A stretch of 64,000 nucleotides of DNA from Candidatus Iainarchaeum sp. GTDB lineage: Archaea > Iainarchaeota > Iainarchaeia > Iainarchaeales > JAZDFD01. A program made the translations under genes and the position numbers. Where the stretch lies: assembly GCA_043808155.1 (NCBI GenBank), contig JAZDFD010000012.1:1-64000 (forward strand). The letters are read 5' to 3'. Each line of letters begins with the position of its first letter. Position 1 is the first letter of the stretch. The notes below the pieces were generated by a model. The model made no database searches and had not been told where the DNA came from. It saw nothing but the letters and a program-made list of their open reading frames with translations. Of the stretch, positions 49,801 through 59,182 are shown piece by piece.

Positions 49801-50103
49801 ATGGTGCTTATGGTTGATGATTTACTTACATTGCCATTTGCATTTGTAGGCATGGAGCTCTTGCCTAATTATTTTACTATTATATTTAATGCAATATATA
49901 AACACACTCTTGAGGAAATGTATCCCTTGGATAAAATCAATGACGCAATAAAAGAAAACCGTATGCTGTACGAGTTTGACGAACTTACAACAAAAGAATA
50001 TGAGGCAACAAAAAAACAATTAATGGAAAAATTGGAGATGGCAAAAAAGGTAAGGGATATGGATTTAGGACCAAGGTTAGATATTTTGGGAATTGGTGGT
50101 TAA
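49801..50103 (+). CDS. gvpG: Gas vesicle protein GvpG
   Basis: DDLL..PF...EEMY..D.I...IKENR.LYE..E....EY; start moved to 49801. Confidence 0.8.
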   Translation: MVLMVDDLLTLPFAFVGMELLPNYFTIIFNAIYKHTLEEMYPLDKINDAIKENRMLYEFDELTTKEYEATKKQLMEKLEMAKKVRDMDLGPRLDILGIGG

Positions 50104-50105
50104 AA

Positions 50106-50669
50106 ATGGAAAGAAAAAGAAAACCTGCGAAAGGATTGTTGGATGGATTGGCAGACTTCATCCGGTTGATTGAGGAAATGGAAAAAAAGGGCTTGACTGA
50201 ACAGGTGAAAAGGGGAGACTTGGAAGGGCCTTACGGCTCAAAAGTAAAATATGAGTACAGGGTAAGAACCGGTTTGGGAATAAGGCCTGGGAGCATGGAA
50301 AGGTTTGCAGGCAAACCAAGCGAACCATTTTATAGGGCAAGCAAAAGAATGCCAACCAAGGTAATAAAGCCGGAGGAAATGAAAGAAAAAGAGGAACTGG
50401 CAGAAGTAACAGAAAAAAAAGACACAATAGAAATTACAGTTGAACTGCCCACGGTTGAAGAAAAAGACATTGATTTAAAGATAGTGAAAAACGCTTTGAA
50501 AATTACTGTTAAAAGACCTGAGGGAAAAATAGAGAAAATGATTTCAATTCCAAAAGGCAGCAAAGCAGAAAAGATTGAAAAGGCTTCATTCAAAAACGGC
50601 ATACTTGAAATAACTTTAAAAAAGAAAATAAAGAAGAAAAATAAAAAGGGGGTAAAACCAAATGGTTGA
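50106..50669 (+). CDS. gvpH: Gas vesicle protein GvpH (Hsp20-like)
   Basis: YEY.V.TGL, VELP.V....I, FKNGILEI; follows gvpG. Confidence 0.75.
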   Translation: MERKRKPAKGLLDGLADFIRLIEEMEKKGLTEQVKRGDLEGPYGSKVKYEYRVRTGLGIRPGSMERFAGKPSEPFYRASKRMPTKVIKPEEMKEKEELAEVTEKKDTIEITVELPTVEEKDIDLKIVKNALKITVKRPEGKIEKMISIPKGSKAEKIEKASFKNGILEITLKKKIKKKNKKGVKPNG

Positions 50670-51039
50670 CGAAATCGGCAGATGGAAGGTTGGAGCTGAC
50701 TCAGTGGACAGAAGGGACGTAATAAAAGACAGAATCAGAAGGAGGGCGGAGCAAAACTTGGAAAAAAGCAGGAGAAAAATTCTGGAGCTCAGGAGAAGAT
50801 ACAAAATAAAAGTCAAAAGAAACGAGGAAAAAATGAAGAAGCGCAAAAAATATGGGGAAAAGCTGGGCCCAACATGCGTTTCCCTGATGGATTCAAGGGA
50901 AAAGGCAAAACAAAAACGCTCGGCAATAGGGTCTTTGGTTCCTGAAAAACCAAAGTTCTCCCAGGCAAAAGGCCGTCCGGAAAGAATCTATGGAAAAAAA
51001 TTTGAATTAAGGGAACTGAAACAAGAGCAAAGGAGGTAA
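50662..51039 (+). CDS. Highly basic protein, possible GvpI analogue
   Basis: Arg/Lys-rich; occupies the gvpI position. Confidence 0.5.
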   Translation: MVDEIGRWKVGADSVDRRDVIKDRIRRRAEQNLEKSRRKILELRRRYKIKVKRNEEKMKKRKKYGEKLGPTCVSLMDSREKAKQKRSAIGSLVPEKPKFSQAKGRPERIYGKKFELRELKQEQRR

Positions 51040-51045
51040 TCCCAA

Positions 51046-51432
51046 ATGAGAAGAAAGCATGAATGGATTCGCCAAAGAAAAAAGAGGGGGGAGGGATTTT
51101 CTGAAGAAGACTCCCCAGAAGAAACTACCGAGTTTGCAGAAGAACAGGCTGAAGAAGCAACGGGAGAACCGATTGAAGAAGCAGCGGAAGAAAAAATAGG
51201 AATAGAACCATTACAAGAACAAGAGGTTGTTTTAAGACCATTGAAAATAAGTTCACAGAAAAGAAGTTTCATAACATTCAGAAAAAGAAGAAAAATTGGT
51301 GATGGCATGCTTGAAAAAGAAATTAAAGAGCAAAAAGCCAAAGCTAAAAAAGCAATGAAAAAGCTGATAAACGAATTACCTGAAGAGCAGAGAAAAGCAT
51401 TCCTTGAGGAACTCCTTGAAGAATATGAATGA
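51046..51432 (+). CDS. Hypothetical protein with alternating charge blocks
   Basis: Basic-acidic-basic blocks; tightly packed in the operon. Confidence 0.55.
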   Translation: MRRKHEWIRQRKKRGEGFSEEDSPEETTEFAEEQAEEATGEPIEEAAEEKIGIEPLQEQEVVLRPLKISSQKRSFITFRKRRKIGDGMLEKEIKEQKAKAKKAMKKLINELPEEQRKAFLEELLEEYE

Positions 51433-51448
51433 GTTTGAGTGAAACAAA

Positions 51449-51775
51449 ATGCCTAAATTAAGACCCAAAAGTTATCAATCGCACGGAGTAAAGCAAATTA
51501 TTGAAAGAATGTTAGACAAGGGAGTAGTAATTAATGCAAAGATTAGAGCTTACCTTGTTGATTTTAAATTAATTGAGCTGGAAAGCATTGTTGTGCTTGC
51601 GTCGTTTGAAACTGCGGCAAAAATTGGCGTGTCTTTCCCAAAGGGTATTGATTTTGAAACAAAAGCATGGAAGGAGCTTTTAACAAAAGAAACCTGTCCT
51701 CAATGCAGGAAAAAGGTCTATGAAGAAGAACTGCGATTAGGTTGTCCTTGGTGCAGCTATAAATTAGGAGGTTAG
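51449..51775 (+). CDS. GvpA/J-family protein with C-terminal zinc ribbon
   Basis: IERMLDKGVVIN...ASFETAAK.G; CPQC...CPWC. Confidence 0.85.
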   Translation: MPKLRPKSYQSHGVKQIIERMLDKGVVINAKIRAYLVDFKLIELESIVVLASFETAAKIGVSFPKGIDFETKAWKELLTKETCPQCRKKVYEEELRLGCPWCSYKLGG

Positions 51776-51782
51776 ATTTAGG

Positions 51783-52193
51783 GTGAAGGAAAAAGAGAAA
51801 TTGGAAGTAATTGAATTTGAAGATGAAGAGGCATTGCAGCCGGAAAAAAGCACCCAAACAGATTCAACTCTAGCAGCAGTGATTGACAGAGTATTGGAAA
51901 AGGGGCTGGTGATAAATGCAGACATAACTGTAAGCGTTGCTGATACGGAACTGCTTGGGATAAAAATCAGGGCAGCACTGGCAAGTTTTGAGACAGCGGC
52001 AAAATACGGCTTGCAGTTTCCTCAGGGCACGAATATGGAAACAGCAGCATGGAAAGAGGCAATAGTTGAAAAGGAAGAATGTCCAAACTGCGGAAAGAAA
52101 GTGGAAACAGAACAGCTTTTGAATAAGTCATGCTATTGGTGCGGATGGCAGTCTGCTAAATCAAAAGCTTTGAAAAAAATTGAAGTTCGTTAA
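51783..52193 (+). CDS. gvpJ: Gas vesicle protein GvpJ with C-terminal zinc ribbon
   Basis: LAAVIDRVLEKGLVINADI.VSV...ELLGIKIRAALASFETAAKYGL.FP.GT; CPNC...CYWC. Confidence 0.88.
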   Translation: MKEKEKLEVIEFEDEEALQPEKSTQTDSTLAAVIDRVLEKGLVINADITVSVADTELLGIKIRAALASFETAAKYGLQFPQGTNMETAAWKEAIVEKEECPNCGKKVETEQLLNKSCYWCGWQSAKSKALKKIEVR

Positions 52194-52212
52194 AGCTGTA
52201 AAGGTTTTTGCA

Positions 52213-52395
52213 ATGATTGACCCAGTTAGCCAAACAATTCTAAGGAGGATTGAAGAAAGGGTAAAAGCAGAACCAAGAGAGGGGAATATTGCCTATAGAA
52301 AGCAGTGTCCAAGGTGTATGAAATGGCAAGTAAAAGAAGTTTTAATGAAAGAAGGTTGTTTTAAATGCGGATGGAAACAAAACAAAGCAAGGTAA
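52213..52395 (+). CDS. Stand-alone zinc-ribbon protein
   Basis: CPRC...GCFKCGW, with the same spacing as the GvpJ tails. Confidence 0.6.
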   Translation: MIDPVSQTILRRIEERVKAEPREGNIAYRKQCPRCMKWQVKEVLMKEGCFKCGWKQNKAR

Positions 52396-52913
52396 ATTTA
52401 TTCATGAATGAATTGGATACCGAAAGCAGGTCAATTGTTTCATATCTTTTAATCAAAAAGCATGCGCGAATAAATGAGTTAAGTGATTTAATAAACGAAA
52501 ATGATACTCTTACTATAATTAAAATAAAGGAAGCCATAAATCCGCTGGCTGAAAAAATTTTTGGAATGCAGATTCTTGTTTTTAAAGAAAGTGCAATTGA
52601 TATAAGCGAAGGAAGGAAAGTATTGTTTTCCTGGTGGCTGGAAAACGCGGAAGAATTAATTGAAGAGCAGAAAAAGGAATTAATTGATGTTTTTGACGAA
52701 AAAGATTATGTAAAAGTTGTAATGGAACTGCCTGACAGCAAAAATATTAATGCAAAAATCAACGGAAACGAACTAATAATAACTGCAGAAAAATCAAATG
52801 AAAAAATTTGCAGAAAAATTCCCTTAAGTGCGGATGTGAAAAAAATAATTGGAAAAAGATACAACAACAGCGTGCTGGAAATTAAACTGGAGAAAGGGGC
52901 GGAAAATGTCTGA
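52365..52913 (+). CDS. HTH-like N-terminus plus Hsp20-like C-terminus protein
   Basis: DVFDE...VKVVMELP...NNSVLEIKL; start may be 52403. Confidence 0.65.
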   Translation: MRMETKQSKVNLFMNELDTESRSIVSYLLIKKHARINELSDLINENDTLTIIKIKEAINPLAEKIFGMQILVFKESAIDISEGRKVLFSWWLENAEELIEEQKKELIDVFDEKDYVKVVMELPDSKNINAKINGNELIITAEKSNEKICRKIPLSADVKKIIGKRYNNSVLEIKLEKGAENV

Positions 52914-52971
52914 AAGGAAGAAAAGAAAAAGTAGCGATTGGTTTGAAGAATTTTGGAAAAGGTAATAAAAA

Positions 52972-53316
52972 ATGGTTACAAAAATTGATTTGAAAAATGA
53001 TGACAAAGAGAGCCTGAAAAACGGCGTAATGGGATTGGTGCTTGCAATAGTTGAAGTGATAAGGGATGCCTTGCGCCTGCAGGCAATAAGGCGAATTGAA
53101 GGAGGCTCTCTTACAGAAGAAGAAGAGGAAAGATTGGGAAGAGCGTTGGAAGACTTTGATGAAGCAATTGAAAAAATGAAGGAAGAGCAAGGCCTGAATG
53201 AAGCAACGCAAAGTGTTAGAAATGGTCTTGACGATTTGGCAAACGATTTAGTGAATAACTTTCTCAATGAGGAGCAAATAAAAGCTGCAGATAAGGGTGG
53301 AAAGCTTGGAAAATAA
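52972..53316 (+). CDS. gvpK: Gas vesicle protein GvpK
   Basis: G...LVL.IVE..R..L..QAIRR.EGGSLTEEE.ERLG.AL. Confidence 0.92.
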   Translation: MVTKIDLKNDDKESLKNGVMGLVLAIVEVIRDALRLQAIRRIEGGSLTEEEEERLGRALEDFDEAIEKMKEEQGLNEATQSVRNGLDDLANDLVNNFLNEEQIKAADKGGKLGK

Positions 53317-54073
53317 AGAGCAGGGAAGGTATATTTACTGCGTAGCAAAAGGCAGTGAACAAACAGATTTGGGGAAAATAGGGATAGAAAACAGCGAAGT
53401 TTACACTATTCCAAGCAATGGATTAATTGCAGTAGTGCATGACTGTGGAGCAAAAGCATACGATTCAAAAAATGAGGAAAAAGTGAAGGAATGGATTAAA
53501 CAGCATGAAAATGTGATAGAGAAAACGCAGAAAAAATTTGAAACAATTGTTCCATTAAGTTTTAATGTAATAATAAAAGGGGAAAACGCAAGCAAGGAAG
53601 TGACTAATTGGCTGCAAACTGAAAAAGAGAGACTTGAAAGAAACCTGGAAAAAGTAAAGGGAAAAGAGGAATTCGGAGTGCAAATAACTTGGGACCCTAT
53701 AAACATTGGAGAAAAATTAAGCAAAGAAAAAGAGGGAATCAAAAGTTTATTAGAAGAGATGGAAAAAGCCTCAAAGGGACAGGCCTACTTTATCAAACAA
53801 AAGATAAAGAAAGCATTGAAACAGGAAATGGAAAAACTGGCTGACGAGAAATTCAAGCAATTTTATTCAGAAATCAAAAAGCACTGCTACCGGGTAAATA
53901 TTGATAAAAACAAAAAAACCGAGGTAGAAAAAGAAATGCTAATGAACCTGAGCTGCCTTGTGGCAAAGGAAGAGGTTAAAGCCCTTGGAAAGGCGCTGGA
54001 TAAAATAAACAAATTAGATGGATTTAGTGTAAGGTTCACAGGTCCCTGGCCGCCTTACTCATTTGTAACTTAA
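53297..54073 (+). CDS. gvpL: Gas vesicle protein GvpL (GvpL/F family)
   Basis: GRYIYCV, HENV, IVPLSF, NLSCLV, FTGPWPPYSFV. Confidence 0.9.
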   Translation: MESLENKEQGRYIYCVAKGSEQTDLGKIGIENSEVYTIPSNGLIAVVHDCGAKAYDSKNEEKVKEWIKQHENVIEKTQKKFETIVPLSFNVIIKGENASKEVTNWLQTEKERLERNLEKVKGKEEFGVQITWDPINIGEKLSKEKEGIKSLLEEMEKASKGQAYFIKQKIKKALKQEMEKLADEKFKQFYSEIKKHCYRVNIDKNKKTEVEKEMLMNLSCLVAKEEVKALGKALDKINKLDGFSVRFTGPWPPYSFVT

Positions 54074-54080
54074 AGGAGCG

Positions 54081-54395
54081 ATGAAAATGGAACCAACGAG
54101 AGAAAAAAATGCAACGCTTGTTGATGTGCTGGACAGGGCATTGAATAAAGGATTGTTAATTAATGCTGACTTAATTATTTCAGTTGCAGATATCCCGCTT
54201 ATTGGGGTTAATTTGAAAGCAGCAATTGCAGGAATGGAGACAATGCTCGAATATGGCATGATGAAAGATTGGGATGAGGCATTGAGAGCAATTGCAAGGG
54301 AAGAAAGAGCTAGAATTGCAAAAAAAGAAAAAATTATTACGTCTTTAAGTGAGAAAAATGAACACAGCACTATATCTTTACTGCGCAGTAAATGA
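54081..54395 (+). CDS. gvpM: Gas vesicle protein GvpM (GvpA/J/M family)
   Basis: MEPTR...LVDVLDR.L.KG....AD.IISVADIPLIG.NL.AAIAGM.TM.EYG...WDE. Confidence 0.85.
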   Translation: MKMEPTREKNATLVDVLDRALNKGLLINADLIISVADIPLIGVNLKAAIAGMETMLEYGMMKDWDEALRAIAREERARIAKKEKIITSLSEKNEHSTISLLRSK

Positions 54396-55071
54396 AAGAA
54401 GTGAAAAAAGCTTTGGCCACATTGGCTTTCAGGAACAGGAGGTTTACGCTGTTCCGTATAAAACTATTAGTGTTGTTGTGCAGTCTTGCTCTGCTAAGGA
54501 ATTAAGGAACAAGCGCCAAACAGAGTTAGCTATAAATCACCAATATATAATAGATTTGGTAATGAGAGAATTTAATGAGGTAATTCCATTTAATGCTGCT
54601 ATAGCGGTTAAAAACAAAAAAAATTTGAATAAAGTGCTTTCACTCAAATACAAAAAAATTAAATCAGAGTTGGCGGAAAAAAAAGACAAAAGGGAATACG
54701 GCATTCAAATATTTTATTCTCCTCTCTATTTAAAGGAAAAAGCAGGGGTTTTAACCAGTGTAAAGTCATTTGTTTTGCAGCAGGAGCAAAAAAGAAACCT
54801 GTCAATGCATAAAGAAGCCAAATACAAAACCTTCCTGTTAAACGAGTTAAGGGAGTTAATTGATGAAATAAAAGTTAACTCCGCTTTCAGGGCATCAATT
54901 GAAGACTTAAGGGATAAAAGAATTTTATTAAACTTAAGCTGTTTGGTGCATAAGGACAATGCAAAAAAACTTGAGGAAAAACTTGCTGAAATCAATAATA
55001 AAAAGGAATTCACCGTCAAATTTAACGGCCCGTGGGCGCCATATTCTTTTACAGAAATACTTGAGGAATGA
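54349..55071 (+). CDS. Third GvpL/F-family protein
   Basis: LYLYCAV, VIPFN, EYGIQI, NLSCLV, GPWAPYSF. Confidence 0.85.
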   Translation: MRKMNTALYLYCAVNERSEKSFGHIGFQEQEVYAVPYKTISVVVQSCSAKELRNKRQTELAINHQYIIDLVMREFNEVIPFNAAIAVKNKKNLNKVLSLKYKKIKSELAEKKDKREYGIQIFYSPLYLKEKAGVLTSVKSFVLQQEQKRNLSMHKEAKYKTFLLNELRELIDEIKVNSAFRASIEDLRDKRILLNLSCLVHKDNAKKLEEKLAEINNKKEFTVKFNGPWAPYSFTEILEE

Positions 55072-55074
55072 AAA

Positions 55075-55761
55075 ATGAGGAAATTGTTGTATGTGCCTAT
55101 TCTGCATTCCGCTGCAGACCTTGGCAGTATTGGGAAAGATGTTACAAGCAAGGGAGTTGAATTAGTTGGCCCAGAAAAATGGAAAAAGCATTTGCACACA
55201 ATTGACTTGTTTTGGGATTCAATTGAAAACTATTTTCATGAACTGAACGTAGAGAAATTTAAAATATTTCAAGACGGCTTTGTTGTCAGCGGAGAAACCA
55301 GTGAAAAAATTGTTAACGAAGTAGCAGCAAAGGGAAGCAGAAACTATGAAGTAATTAGAGACCTCATTAGCAGGGGCGCAAAAATTATGAAAACAGAGGA
55401 GCTTTCTTTAGTTAAAAGAGAGGTAGTTTACGTAAGCAAACTTGCAAAGGCAAAAAAGTTAACAGAAAAACTGACTGCTTATTTGCAATATAAATTAAAC
55501 AAAGGAAACCTGTTAAATAAAAGGGATGAATTTATTGCAAAAACAATTAATGAATCCTTAAAAGAGGGGGAAACTGGCGTATTGTTCTTGGGGGCATTCC
55601 ATAATGTAGTGCCTAAACTTGAGGGAGATATAAAAGTAATTGAACTGAAGGAAAAAGAAAAAGTTGTCAAATACCAGAAAATTTATTACTTCAAAACAAA
55701 AGAAAAGGAAACAGATGAGTTAAGCAAATACCTTGTGGCGCCAATAAAGGAAGTGTTTTAA
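55075..55761 (+). CDS. Hypothetical protein at the end of the gvp operon
   Basis: YVPILH..ADLGS, QDG, RDEFIA..I, LFLGAFH (TraB-like motifs). Confidence 0.65.
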   Translation: MRKLLYVPILHSAADLGSIGKDVTSKGVELVGPEKWKKHLHTIDLFWDSIENYFHELNVEKFKIFQDGFVVSGETSEKIVNEVAAKGSRNYEVIRDLISRGAKIMKTEELSLVKREVVYVSKLAKAKKLTEKLTAYLQYKLNKGNLLNKRDEFIAKTINESLKEGETGVLFLGAFHNVVPKLEGDIKVIELKEKEKVVKYQKIYYFKTKEKETDELSKYLVAPIKEVF

Positions 55762-55762
55762 A

Positions 55763-56194
55763 ATGAAAAACTTCAGGGAACTGCATGGAAAAAAGAGGAG
55801 AGGCAAAGTTTCAGCAAAGAGAAAAATGGAGCTAAGCGAAAAAAGATTGCTGGCAAATGCAAGAAAAGTGTTTCAAAAAATCAGGAGAAGAAAGAAAACA
55901 AAAGAACTGGCTTCACTGCTCCCTGATACTGCAATAAGAATTGATTTGGTTGGCTCGCCGGAAGTAAGCTTTATGCTGTTAATAAAAAATGGGAAAATTG
56001 GTTTTTCTACAAAGAGAACAGCTGCGAGGCTTGCAATAGGAATCCATAAAGAGCTGTTCTTAAAACTAATTAAAAATCCCCCTAAAACAGGGAACCTGAA
56101 AATTGCATTATTTGACAACATTTTCCTAAGAAAGGGCCCGATAAGGGAATTTCGATGGCTAAAGGCAATCTTGGTGCACTTTTTGTTAGGGTAG
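55763..56194 (+). CDS. Basic hypothetical protein, possible SCP2-like fold
   Basis: Operon-packed; weak beta-strand pattern. Confidence 0.5.
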   Translation: MKNFRELHGKKRRGKVSAKRKMELSEKRLLANARKVFQKIRRRKKTKELASLLPDTAIRIDLVGSPEVSFMLLIKNGKIGFSTKRTAARLAIGIHKELFLKLIKNPPKTGNLKIALFDNIFLRKGPIREFRWLKAILVHFLLG

Positions 56195-56264
56195 AAAATA
56201 GACTTATATAAGTACCCCCTGAACTAAAAGAAAAATAAAAATTGAGGGTTTAATTGAATCTTAT

Positions 56265-56699
56265 TTATTCTCCGCCCTCTATTTCAGCACACTCGCCTTC
56301 AACGCACTCTTGCCCTTCAGCACATTCCACTTCTGCACAAAGATCAACTGCAATACATTCTCCTTCAAGGCATTCCTCTCCTTCAAGGCATTCAACGCTT
56401 TCACAGGGATCCACAATCACTGTCTGGCATTCAACAGCACAGCACGCTTCGGTATCACTTGCTTCAATTAACTGCTCGCAGGTTTGCTCTTCTGCGCAAA
56501 TGCTTCCGTCCTGCTCTTCACAGGTTTTCAGTACACACTCGCCTTCAGCGCACTTTTGGTTTGCTTCGCAGGTAACGTCAGCGCAAGGGTCTGCTGGAGG
56601 AGTTTCCTCTTCTTTCACTGGTGGTATAGTCAACACAATTGCTGCCAATATTACAATGACTACAACGCCAATAATTATGTACAAAGTATTATTTTTCAA
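56265..56699 (-). CDS. Membrane-anchored acidic Cys-rich repeat protein
   Basis: DPC..V.C..G..C..G.C repeats. Confidence 0.75.
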   Translation of the reverse strand: MKNNTLYIIIGVVVIVILAAIVLTIPPVKEEETPPADPCADVTCEANQKCAEGECVLKTCEEQDGSICAEEQTCEQLIEASDTEACCAVECQTVIVDPCESVECLEGEECLEGECIAVDLCAEVECAEGQECVEGECAEIEGGE

Positions 56700-56874
56700 A
56701 TTAATAACCTCCCTAAAGTTTGTTAATTAAAAAGTTTATTGTTTAATTAAAAGTGTTGGAGAAATCGGAGTTCGACTCAGAAAGCTAAAAGAAGGGATGG
56801 CAGGGGCAAGCCACTCACATATGATAGCCCCTGCTAATAAAATGGCAACTTAGAAGAAAACCACTTTAAGCATT

Positions 56875-57255
56875 TCACTTTGCTCTTTCGGATGTCTTAG
56901 CTAAGGCGTAAACTGCTTTCAGTCCAACTACAATGACTGCTGGTGCAATGAATACTACAATATTTGCCAAGATTGCCTGCAAAATTGTTCCCACGCCAGC
57001 AACAACTGTGTCAATTACCAGCAAGTTAGCTGAACCTGCAACAATTAAGCCAACTGAAGCCACCATGAATGTTAAAACTTCCTTGTCTGAAATGTTCAGG
57101 TAGCCGACAATTAAACCCAGAATCACTAAAACCAAAGCAATTCCGCCAGCATACCCGGCAACTAACCCGCCAACAATCCCTGCAAGTAAAGCTATAACTA
57201 CACCAACAATGAAAGCATAGCCACCAATTTTTTGAGTAGATAACGGCAATTTCAT
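56875..57255 (-). CDS. Four-transmembrane protein
   Basis: LGLIVG.LNI..KE...F; GGAGGT RBS before ATG 57255. Confidence 0.75.
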   Translation of the reverse strand: MKLPLSTQKIGGYAFIVGVVIALLAGIVGGLVAGYAGGIALVLVILGLIVGYLNISDKEVLTFMVASVGLIVAGSANLLVIDTVVAGVGTILQAILANIVVFIAPAVIVVGLKAVYALAKTSERAK

Positions 57256-57528
57256 GTACAATACCTCCATTCTAAAGAATAACAAAACTAATATTTAAAC
57301 GAATCCCGCAAATCGAAAGCCGACACTGTTTTTAAAAGGAGGCGGCTTTTCAACAGGCTTTTAAGTACCAGATATTACCTGTAAACCGCTAAATTATACT
57401 CTTTCTTCGGTTTTAATCATCTATTCTCTTGTTACCACATTTTATAAATTTTTTACATAATATTTATTTTGTGGTAACAAATGGTTTTTGTGCTTAAGCG
57501 CGTAATCAGTCTAATTTAATAGTAATTA

Positions 57529-57861
57529 TCAGCCGATTTTTATTTTCAGCAGATGTTTGCTTTCAGGAATTAGCTGCACTTTTTCGCCTTTTTTCAGTTT
57601 GTAAAATTTTGCTAAATCTGTAGGAATGGTTATTGCCAAGCTCCTGCCTGTAGAAACTATTGGTCTTGTAACCGAAAATACGTTTAACTGCTTTTCAGTT
57701 TCTTTCATTTGTTCAGAAGTAACGAATTCCTTTTTGCATTTTTTGCATTTGTAGTAAGGTTGCTGTTTCAGAATAACTTTTCCTTCAAGAAGTTCAATTG
57801 TTTCATACTTTAATTCAGCTTCAGCTTCACAAAAAACACATTTTATTTTTTCTTTTTCCAT
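57529..57861 (-). CDS. Antitoxin with YgiT/MqsA-type zinc finger and AbrB domain
   Basis: CVFC...CKKC..EF; TGRSLAITIP...L..G. Confidence 0.8.
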   Translation of the reverse strand: MEKEKIKCVFCEAEAELKYETIELLEGKVILKQQPYYKCKKCKKEFVTSEQMKETEKQLNVFSVTRPIVSTGRSLAITIPTDLAKFYKLKKGEKVQLIPESKHLLKIKIG

Positions 57862-58106
57862 AATTCAACCTCGTTTACATTTGATTCCCAGATGCTTACA
57901 ACATTAATAATTTTTTTTGTTTCTTCTTTTATTACAGTAAAATAATAATCCATTATCTTGAATATTGTTTTAATTGTTCCTTCCTTCTGTTTTTGTTTCA
58001 CCTTCTGTTTCACTATTTCCTGTTCCACTTCACTATGAGTAATCCCATATTTAAGTGAACGCTCAAAAAATCTTTCTCTAGCATGCCTTGTCCATACTAC
58101 ATCCAT
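57843..58106 (-). CDS. Putative RelE/BrnT-fold toxin (DUF4258-like)
   Basis: WTRHARERF.ER..GI; overlaps the antitoxin gene. Confidence 0.7.
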   Translation of the reverse strand: MDVVWTRHARERFFERSLKYGITHSEVEQEIVKQKVKQKQKEGTIKTIFKIMDYYFTVIKEETKKIINVVSIWESNVNEVELWKKKK

Positions 58107-58513
58107 AAGAAACTAACTCACCAAAAAATATTTAAATGTATTCATTACCATTTCATTATCTTTTCATTAATTGATTTGTGTTATAAAAAGTATGTGATTA
58201 CAAGTTTGTGAATATGCAATAGATGTAGTCACACAATACTTAGACGCAGGATTCCAAGTGCAGGTACTTGCTGTTTTATAATTCTTTCATTTTTGATGGA
58301 TGTGCGTGTAATAGCAGTCTAGACGACCACCTCCAGAAATGATTATTAATAACTTAGCGCTTTTTCTTAGTATGAATTCTTTTGAGGTTCTTGCAATTGT
58401 ATTGCTTGCCTGCATGTTTTTCACAGTATGGGCGTTTCTTGAGATTTCCAGAAAACGTGCAATGAAAAAGAACTAATCGCAAAGTTTAAGTTTGCCTTGT
58501 TCTTTGTTTTATT

Positions 58514-59131
58514 ATGCTGTCTTTAGAAGAACGTTTGGAAAAATTTCTTGATGAGAACTCCCTGAAAAAAATTGAAAAAATTTCCAAGGGGTGGAGTTCG
58601 GAAATCTATTTAGTTGAAAATTTAAAAAGTGAAAATTCAAAAGAAGAAAATTCAAAAAAAGAAAATTCCGAAAAAGAAAAATTCGCACTAAAAATTGAGC
58701 GTGAAAAATCCCCGCGTGAAAATATGGCAAAGAAAGAAGTTGAAAATTTAAAACTTGCAAACTCAGTAAACATCGGACCAAAATTAATTTCGTGGGATTT
58801 TGAAAAGCGTGTCATTCTTATGCAATACATTCCCGGCAAAACTTTTCAGGACTGGATTCACGAAAACCCATCCCGCGAAGACTTACAAAAAGTAATGCAG
58901 GATTTATTTTTCCAGGCAAGAGAATTAGATAAACTTGGATTGGATCATGGGCAATTAGCAGGGCCGGGAAAAAATATTTTAGTATGGGACACATGTCCCA
59001 TAATTATAGATTTTGAAAAAGCTTCCATTGGAAGAAAAACCCACAACGCAAATGTCCTCCAGGCCTTATTCCACCACAACCCCAGCTCTGCAATAACAAA
59101 AAAGATTCAAGAGATTCTAACCAAAAAGTGA
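58514..59131 (+). CDS. RIO/Bud32-like Ser/Thr kinase
   Basis: SKGWSS.IY, ALK.E, GP.L, DHGQL...KNI, IIDFE. Confidence 0.8.
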   Translation: MLSLEERLEKFLDENSLKKIEKISKGWSSEIYLVENLKSENSKEENSKKENSEKEKFALKIEREKSPRENMAKKEVENLKLANSVNIGPKLISWDFEKRVILMQYIPGKTFQDWIHENPSREDLQKVMQDLFFQARELDKLGLDHGQLAGPGKNILVWDTCPIIIDFEKASIGRKTHNANVLQALFHHNPSSAITKKIQEILTKK

Positions 59132-59182
59132 TTTTTCAACCAAAACAAAACTTTAAATATACTTTACTATAGTATATTATAG

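Noticed and set aside
56799-56834. GCAGGGGC/GCCCCTGC hairpin as another element copy
   Set aside because: It lacks the ATAYGTG and CGGTAAT flanks; probably an ordinary intergenic stem-loop.
58200-58476. Possible small ORFs or pseudogene between the toxin-antitoxin pair and the kinase
   Set aside because: Only a short hydrophobic ORF (about 58339-58476) with no motif support.
58625-58685. Short GAAAATTC repeats in the kinase gene (ENSK-like repeats)
   Set aside because: In-frame low-complexity loop expansion with no sign of a separate function.
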